DNA of 64,000 nucleotides from Minutocellus sp. GHC0000111 (taxonomy: Eukaryota). A program made the position numbers and the translations under genes. A model generated the notes under the pieces. The model searched no databases and had not been told where the DNA came from. It saw only the letters and a program-made list of their open reading frames with translations. Each line of letters opens with the position of its first letter. Position 1 is the first letter of the stretch. The DNA is taken from contig OZ361256.1 in NCBI GenBank assembly GCA_977018835.1, positions 2,046,001-2,110,000 on the forward strand, given 5' to 3'. Below, in pieces: positions 57,243 to 64,000 of the stretch.

Positions 57243-57438
57243 CTTGGCAATTCGTTTTTGAGGGAACGGTGGGGTTGCGGTTGGCGACGGAAAGACTGTA
57301 TACGTAAAGGTAGCTGTACTGTTTTTTGCATCCGTTGAGCTCGGACCAAAAATTGCGCCAACACGATTTATTATGGCAGGAGGCATTGCTAAGCACGCGT
57401 ATTAGATTCCTCTCCATTTGAGCTTTTACATTGCGAAA

Positions 57439-58302
57439 ATGACCATCTACACCGTCATTGGCAAGGAGGAGGATGGTGCCGTGCTTGTGGAGTCCTCGCA
57501 TGAGGGCATTGAGGGCAATTATCCCCTCATCGCCACGCAACTTCTCGAGAGATTGAGGGACGATCCAAGCCTTGTTCCCAATGGCAATCGCAAGACCTTT
57601 ATCCATCGAGAAGACATTGAAACCGGCGGTAACTTTGCCGTCTGCGGTGGTAGCGACAGCCTTTGGGGTTTGGGTGCATCGTCCTGGTTCGGCGGTGGCG
57701 GAGGTGGCAATAGCTCTTCTGGTGCAGCAACTTCTGGCGCTGGCACCATTTCGGGCGGCCTCGATCACTACTTTCATGTCCTCCACGGCGAATCAGCGTT
57801 TTACATCTGCCTCTCTGACGATACTGGACGGCAAACGGGTGTGAATTTCACCTATCTGGAAGATCTGCAGCGAGACTTTGCCGCGAAGTACACACCAAAC
57901 AAAATCAACAGAGCCAAGGCCTATGGAATGGACAAGGCCTTCCGCCCTGCCATTGAGAAGCTGGCCCACCACTACAATGTCAATCGGGAAGACATGGCGA
58001 CTGACCAACGCATCGTGCAACTGTCGTCTCAGGTGGACGACCTCAAAAACGTGGTGGGCAAGAACATTGGGCTGATATTGCAACGAGGTGAATCGATTGG
58101 GCAGCTTGCAACGAAATCCGAACAAATGGAAGCCGATGCAAGTGTATTCAAGAAGCGATCGACGACTCTCAAGAGGAAAATGTGCTGGGAGAACCTAAAG
58201 GCCAACTTGACATTGATTTTGGTCGCGGTAGCACTGATTGTATTTTTAGCCCTTGCGATATGTGGTGGAGGAAAGTGCAAAGCGCCAGCGGATGATGACT
58301 AA
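57439..58302 (+). CDS. VAMP7: VAMP7-like R-SNARE, second copy (intact)
   Basis: Uninterrupted longin-SNARE-TM ORF. Confidence 0.9.
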   Translation: MTIYTVIGKEEDGAVLVESSHEGIEGNYPLIATQLLERLRDDPSLVPNGNRKTFIHREDIETGGNFAVCGGSDSLWGLGASSWFGGGGGGNSSSGAATSGAGTISGGLDHYFHVLHGESAFYICLSDDTGRQTGVNFTYLEDLQRDFAAKYTPNKINRAKAYGMDKAFRPAIEKLAHHYNVNREDMATDQRIVQLSSQVDDLKNVVGKNIGLILQRGESIGQLATKSEQMEADASVFKKRSTTLKRKMCWENLKANLTLILVAVALIVFLALAICGGGKCKAPADDD

Positions 58303-58400
58303 TGGTGGTCTTTTGATTTGCTTGTGGGTGCAATGAGCGAGAGATTTGTGTTCACACAAAATCCATGTATGTTTATCACTAGTAGATGATTTATTCTCAA

Positions 58401-59714
58401 TCACACTTTGGAGAACCTGGGTGAGCGGCTCCTAACGAAGAAGCGACGTTCGTCGGCAACATGTAGAAATGCCTCCAAAGTTATTCCATCGATCTCGTCA
58501 AATTTCCCCCCAACATTTTGCTGGAATTCATAGGACCGAGAGTACAGCTCGTCAATCTCACAGCGAGGTATTCCTTGCCACAACGCCTCCATCACGGCAT
58601 CGAATTGTGGAAAGTTGATTCCACCAGTAGCTGTCTTACAAGAATCTCCTGGCTTATGTTCAGACCTTGGACTGTAGCCTGTCAAAGCTCCCGCAGATGC
58701 AGTCTCAAACAACAGTCGGGCCAATGATTTGCGTCTGCTTACCTCACGACAGTATTCCCGAGCAGCCACCAATACCAACCACTGAAATAGATCGACGTGT
58801 AATTCGACTTGATCGCCTTCTCCTGATTTCTCGACTGCAAGATCCATCGTCCTCTGGGTGAGTGAATCAAGATCACAAGAAGGCAGACCTTGGCTCTCGA
58901 TATTGCTTGTCGTGGAAGTAAAAACTCTGGACGTCAGCTCGAGAGCAACTGGGAGAGGAAGGAGTACCGAATCTGCGACCGAAGATGACAACGACAAGAG
59001 ATCCATTTCTGTTTCATTTTGCACCTCAATCAGAACTTCCAACACAAAGACAAGAGCGTTTTGGCCGTTGAATTCGTCAAGGAGCTCAAAGAATAACGAT
59101 GCTTCGGCGTCTTCCTCGGCCATCATTTGTTTAACACCATGGTAAAGTGCCCACCGATCACCATCTCTCGCCTCTTGATCTGGGTCGCTGCACAGCGAAA
59201 GGCCTTCCACGAGTCTGCTGTTGTCATAATCACGGCCCAGGTCTTCTTTATCAAAGAAGCGGTAGGCAAGAATCGGAAAAGAAATGGCGATTGAAGTGCG
59301 GCCGTCGTTATCATCTTTTGCTGCCTTCTCGACCTCAACAGCCTTTGCAAGGATTGATCTCATGGTCTTTCGTACGAGTAGCCATTGAGCGTCGTGTACT
59401 TTATTTGCCAGGGGACCACCAGTACCTTCAGTGACATCGGGTGGTGGAGGAAGCAGCGAGCGATACTTGTGACACGGTAATGACTTCAACGAATGCTTAA
59501 ATTCTTTACTGGCTTCTGATTGGAGAGCGGCATGCATATTGCCAATATCGTCTATTTGTTGTTTCCAGAGGACCTTGCCTGTCGAAGTGATCCTGCTGAG
59601 GTAAATGGAAGAAGTAAGCTTCTCCATGTATGGGATTCCGTCCTCCTCATCATCGCTCGACTCTTCCTCCACTATCTCTCCGTATTTAGTTGTGTAAGTC
59701 TCAGAGGATGCCAT
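58401..59714 (-). CDS. Hypothetical protein, 437 aa, second copy
   Basis: Identical protein to 45262-46575. Confidence 0.7.
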   Translation of the reverse strand: MASSETYTTKYGEIVEEESSDDEEDGIPYMEKLTSSIYLSRITSTGKVLWKQQIDDIGNMHAALQSEASKEFKHSLKSLPCHKYRSLLPPPPDVTEGTGGPLANKVHDAQWLLVRKTMRSILAKAVEVEKAAKDDNDGRTSIAISFPILAYRFFDKEDLGRDYDNSRLVEGLSLCSDPDQEARDGDRWALYHGVKQMMAEEDAEASLFFELLDEFNGQNALVFVLEVLIEVQNETEMDLLSLSSSVADSVLLPLPVALELTSRVFTSTTSNIESQGLPSCDLDSLTQRTMDLAVEKSGEGDQVELHVDLFQWLVLVAAREYCREVSRRKSLARLLFETASAGALTGYSPRSEHKPGDSCKTATGGINFPQFDAVMEALWQGIPRCEIDELYSRSYEFQQNVGGKFDEIDGITLEAFLHVADERRFFVRSRSPRFSKV

Positions 59715-59897
59715 TGTGAGCCTACTAGGTACCTAGCTAGGTACATGAATATGTGCGCAGGCCAGAGCTGAAGCATCCTCTCTCGCGATCTAGAATGATC
59801 ACATACAACGTCGTATACATGAAAATAATTCAGCGATTTTGCCTCATTCAAATTTTAACACCATTAATCAAAGGCAAACTACATGCTTTGTGTCACG

Positions 59898-62800
59898 CTA
59901 CAACCCCGCCGACGCCGAGTATTTGCCGACGCTCAATAGGAGATTGGCCTTGGTGTACTGCAGGTCCATAATAATCGTCCGTCGGGTTCGGAAGCATTTG
60001 ACTGGCTCTCTAGCACCGAGGCGGAACTGCTCACCGATGGGTCGACGGGAGAGCTGAGAATCGGTCGGCAACGACATTGGCCCGGCCGAACCCGATCCAC
60101 CAGCACTACCGGCACTGCCACCGTAGCCATGAGACTTGGCGTAGTCGGGGTTGGACATGTGACTAGCGGCACCTCGTACGTCCCAGATTCGCACCGTGCA
60201 ATCATCTCCTCCGGTTGCCAATGCAGTGCCACACGCGCTATAACTCATGGACTGCACTGCAACCGCTGTGGTCCCACCAACGCCGCTTTGACCAGCGGGA
60301 AGGCGAAGCTCGTTCACCTTTCGGCCGCTACCAAGATCCCAGATATGGACAACTCCACTGTAATCCGACGCGGCAGCATATTTGCCGGAAGGACAGATCT
60401 TGACAAGATTTAGGCCCGCGCTGACTCCATTGAGAAGACGCACACATCGACCGGTCTGGACGTCCCACAAACGTACAGTCTTGTCATCAGCAGCTGTTGC
60501 TACGTAGTTGGCGTTGGGATGCCAATCGATAGAATTGACACTGGGACTAAAGTGTCCCGCTAAAATCCGTACAGGCGAAGAGTTGTCGGTAGTCCAAATA
60601 CGGGCGGTGGAATCCCAGCCAGCAGATGCGAAAAAATAACCAGAGGGAGCGAAGGAGACGGACCAGATGGGAGACGAAGGGGAGTGACCTCGGTAGCAGG
60701 CCAGGGCAGCTCCAGATACTTCTACCATGGGCTCTGTTCGCATCCCAGGAACGGATGTATTGGGTTCTCCATTGTTAGATGGCTTAATTGTGGTGCTGGT
60801 TGTTCCAAGAGGGTGTGTCTTCTTCACAACATTGGCCAATCTGCCGAATGGTCCAACAGCGGAGGTATCCCAGAGGCGGATTGATCCGTCACCACCAGCA
60901 CTTAGCAGGGTGCGGCCATCTCGGTTCCAGTCCAGATCGAAGATGGGGAAGCCGTTCTTGTGCCCCAAGAGAACGATGGCAGATTCCTCGGGCTTGTTGA
61001 CTGTGTCAGCGGTATCAGAAATACCCTTGGAACTGATGAGAGATCCGCCAACGCCTTTGCCTCCACCAGACGATGAAGCGGACGTCTTGTCATCGCCACC
61101 AATAGTCCAGATTCGAACGGCGGCATCGTCGCACCCAGCAGCGACCCGTCGACGGTCTGGTGGACAGAGCTTAGCACAGCAAATATCTATTCCTGACTCC
61201 TGCAATAGGGTAGATCCAACGGCAGCCCCACCTTCCATGGCGGCAGAGACACCGCCGGCGGTGCCATATGACCACGACGGTCCTGAAGAGGGCCTCGCAG
61301 CGCAAAGAGTTGAAAGAAGAATGGAGGGAGAATGTGGGTCAGCATATTCGCGGTACGGCTCGGCCTCTTCTTCCTCTTCATCATCTTCGACTATGGCTGC
61401 CGTGTCGCTGATAACCTTTCCGGTATTGGCCGAATAGGATTTGGGCACAGCACCAGGAACTCTCATACCGGCCTCGTATTCCCTGCGACACTCCAGCGCC
61501 TCGAGACGGCGGAAGCCATTGATGAGCAGAGCACGGTTGAACTCCACCCTGCGCCTCTCTGCCTTGGCCTCATCCTCAGTCGACACCTCGGTGTTGGGAT
61601 CGAGGTAAAACTTGGGAAAGGGAAGTGGCTCCGATCGGGTGAGAATCGATTTCTCATCGTCAATTCGCAAGTCTTCTCCCTCCTCAGCAGCGCGAGAGGT
61701 GGGATCGACAGGCGCCGCCCATCGGACGTCCCTGCTCTTGGCTCCGCCAGCGCCATCTTCGTCATCCTGGAGGAACATGTCTTCCAAAACGACGGATGGG
61801 ACCACCGGGAGAGGATCTCGCTTCTCACAGCTGAAGTGGCATCGGCTCAGCAACAGGCTCGACATGGGCAGCAGTACTCCATCTCCCCGACCCAGGTAGG
61901 ATGCGAGCAGATGGTATGCATGCGTGGACAGTACCATGTGCCATCGGAGGGCCCTCGCCCTCCGCAGAAAGGGCAGCGTCGCTAGCCGGGCCGAGACCTT
62001 GGACGCTCTCTTGGACGCCTCCTTCTCCCGCGCCTCATGCTTGGCAACCTCGGCATCGATCTGCCGGATGGAGTCGATGCACGCCTTCTTCTGCTCCGAG
62101 TTGAGCTGGGAGGCCTGCTTCATCCGACCGAGGACGGCCACCTTCTTCTTCTTGTAGCTGTGATGCGCCTGCCGGGCGGCCCGGGCGATGGTGACGGCGT
62201 CTCCATGGGCGGCGATGCCCTTGTTCAGCTCGACGACGTGGGCGTTGCTCTTGCACACGTCCAGGTCGGCCAGCTCGGCGTGGTGCGATGGCTCGTAGAT
62301 GTGCCGGTAGGTGGCCAAGAGCGACGCGGCCGTGTGGTCCAGATTGAACTCGAGGAGCTCGCAGTAGGTGTGGACCAGGGCGGCGAACGTCACGGCCAGC
62401 AGCTCCGGCTTGCACGATGGAGCGATTTGGGGCGCGGTGGGATAGTACGGTGCGTGGTGTTGAGGACGCTGTTGCTGTTGTTGGTGCTGCTCAACCTTGG
62501 CACTGGCATTTGTGGTGACTGTGGTGGCAGCTGCAGCAGCATCCGGAATCACATGCACCTTCTTTGCTTCGTCTCCTTCATCTGCTGCCCCCTTGCCATC
62601 TCCAGCCGCAGCCGCAGCCACAGCCTCCATCGCTGCTGTTGCTTTTGCCTCGGCCGCCACCTGCTGGGCCCGTTCCACTACCGATCCCACCGTGGCCGTC
62701 GTAACATTGGTGCCAGTACCTCCCCCATGAGGAGCAGCACCGGGTGCATCGTCCGGCAACGACAGCACCCAGGTCTGCAGCGCCGTGAACGCTCGGACGA

Positions 62801-63575
62801 ACTTGCGCGCCTCATCCTGCCCCCGCCGGTCCTTGTCGTCCTCCGCCTTCTTGTCTTCGGCGGGTGGTGGACCAGTGGGAGCGTCTTTCTTATCATCTGC
62901 ATCCTTTTTATCGGTGGCAGTAGCATCCGCATCTGCATCCGCCGCCACAACGCCCGAAATGGCCTCGGTGACAATGTCCTCCTCGGTCTCCACCCCGGCG
63001 TTGCCGTCGCCGCAGCCCCACATGGCCATGTGCGGCGCCGAATCGAGGTCGTACCCCATTCCCCCGCCCGTGCTGAGGACGAGGGGGGTCCGGGCGTGCT
63101 GCGCCAGCTTGTCCTCCTCGTCGAGGTCCATGGCCACGGCCTCCTCGTCTTCGTCTTCCTCATTGTCGCCACCGTCGTCACCGTCGCCCTTCTTTCCACC
63201 CTTTTTGCTGCCCTTTTTGGATTTGCCCTTTTTGGACGAGGCATCCTTGTCCTTGTCACCCTCCTTCTCTGCCTCGGCCTCCTCGGCCTGCTGCTCCTTC
63301 CACCTCTTCTCGGCGCGGAGGCTCCGTCCGAGCTCTATCGCCGCCCCGTCCAAACCGCGCTTGCGCAGGTAGGCCAGAACGGCCTCGTCGGAGGGGTCCG
63401 ACGCGGCATCGTTGTTGTTTCTGTCACCGTTGTTGGTGGTGGTGGTGGCGGCGTTGCCGGCGGTGGTGGTACTCTGCTCGGCGGCGGCGGCCTGCTGGGC
63501 ATCGTCCGACGGTGCCGGTGCGGCGGCAGCGGCGGACTTTTTGCTGGTGCCTCCGCGAGACGATCGACGGCTCAT
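59898..63575 (-). CDS. TAF5: TAF5, second copy
   Basis: As 46759-50442, with two fewer Ala in the N-terminal poly-Ala run. Confidence 0.88.
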   Translation of the reverse strand: MSRRSSRGGTSKKSAAAAAPAPSDDAQQAAAAEQSTTTAGNAATTTTNNGDRNNNDAASDPSDEAVLAYLRKRGLDGAAIELGRSLRAEKRWKEQQAEEAEAEKEGDKDKDASSKKGKSKKGSKKGGKKGDGDDGGDNEEDEDEEAVAMDLDEEDKLAQHARTPLVLSTGGGMGYDLDSAPHMAMWGCGDGNAGVETEEDIVTEAISGVVAADADADATATDKKDADDKKDAPTGPPPAEDKKAEDDKDRRGQDEARKFVRAFTALQTWVLSLPDDAPGAAPHGGGTGTNVTTATVGSVVERAQQVAAEAKATAAMEAVAAAAAGDGKGAADEGDEAKKVHVIPDAAAAATTVTTNASAKVEQHQQQQQRPQHHAPYYPTAPQIAPSCKPELLAVTFAALVHTYCELLEFNLDHTAASLLATYRHIYEPSHHAELADLDVCKSNAHVVELNKGIAAHGDAVTIARAARQAHHSYKKKKVAVLGRMKQASQLNSEQKKACIDSIRQIDAEVAKHEAREKEASKRASKVSARLATLPFLRRARALRWHMVLSTHAYHLLASYLGRGDGVLLPMSSLLLSRCHFSCEKRDPLPVVPSVVLEDMFLQDDEDGAGGAKSRDVRWAAPVDPTSRAAEEGEDLRIDDEKSILTRSEPLPFPKFYLDPNTEVSTEDEAKAERRRVEFNRALLINGFRRLEALECRREYEAGMRVPGAVPKSYSANTGKVISDTAAIVEDDEEEEEAEPYREYADPHSPSILLSTLCAARPSSGPSWSYGTAGGVSAAMEGGAAVGSTLLQESGIDICCAKLCPPDRRRVAAGCDDAAVRIWTIGGDDKTSASSSGGGKGVGGSLISSKGISDTADTVNKPEESAIVLLGHKNGFPIFDLDWNRDGRTLLSAGGDGSIRLWDTSAVGPFGRLANVVKKTHPLGTTSTTIKPSNNGEPNTSVPGMRTEPMVEVSGAALACYRGHSPSSPIWSVSFAPSGYFFASAGWDSTARIWTTDNSSPVRILAGHFSPSVNSIDWHPNANYVATAADDKTVRLWDVQTGRCVRLLNGVSAGLNLVKICPSGKYAAASDYSGVVHIWDLGSGRKVNELRLPAGQSGVGGTTAVAVQSMSYSACGTALATGGDDCTVRIWDVRGAASHMSNPDYAKSHGYGGSAGSAGGSGSAGPMSLPTDSQLSRRPIGEQFRLGAREPVKCFRTRRTIIMDLQYTKANLLLSVGKYSASAGL

Positions 63576-64000
63576 GACGGTGGCCGATTCCCTCCTTTCC
63601 AATTCCGATGGTTTGTCAATGCAATTACGACGTCCGGTGGTATCTTTACCCCCTTACTTGGTCGAGTGAGCGGATTTTATGGATCGGAGGATGATGATGC
63701 GTCGTGCCGGACTGGGACCATTGGTGCCCAGAAAGCAACGGGCTCGAAGTATCCAACGAAGCAAGCAACGCTGAACGATCCAAAGCCCCGCAGGATACCA
63801 AAGGCAACGGCAGAAAGCGAAGGGGGCTTGAGACAAGCTTCACACCAGACTCTAGCCTACCAGTCAACGTTGTGGCCACCCACCATCGGCCATCGTCGGC
63901 TCGTCGTGCTTGTGGCAGAAGGTGTATTTTGAGTTTTCTCAAAGATGACGTCATGCAGACGACGACTGCAAAAACCTCTCATTTTCGACCCAAGTTGCGT

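Larger units (their letters stand above)
54889..64000. repeat. Tandem duplication, second copy (runs off the window)
   Basis: Matches 41751-50867. Confidence 0.97.

Noticed and set aside
1..64000. tRNA, rRNA or snRNA genes
   Set aside because: None recognised by eye; a covariance-model search would be needed to exclude them.

Overview
Gene-dense eukaryotic nuclear DNA, almost certainly a diatom or related ochrophyte: it has an Lhcf/FCP gene with an AFAP plastid presequence, other bipartite presequences and short GT-AG introns. Host genes include an ABCC transporter (fragments), DUF1499, HPPD, ankyrin, CstF-77, VWA8, a methyltransferase, a GNAT-like protein, TPR-like and LRR proteins, a PAM2/F-box/LON-N protein, CAX, GST, a GP63-like metalloprotease, an SF1 helicase, FCP, nucleus-encoded Cox1-c, VAMP7, TAF5, PAN3 and a 5'-truncated eIF2-beta. 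Two large near-identical duplications (1-3578 = 14121-17698; 41751-50867 = 54889-64000), chimeric junctions and many homopolymer frameshifts suggest an imperfectly polished or uncollapsed assembly. The most interesting signal is transposon-related. A 3.4-kb DD39D Tc1/mariner element (22-bp TIRs, TA target) and a 1.9-kb non-autonomous TIR element sit in one tract of TA-NN-TA / TA-NNNN-TA palindromic units that resemble stacked mariner excision footprints, and such tracts recur in most intergenic spacers. The 5' part of the transposase is also depleted of TpA and Tyr and rich in Cys/His, suggesting TpA->CpA/TpG hypermutation of transposons. All family calls come from motif recognition by eye; no database searches were run.
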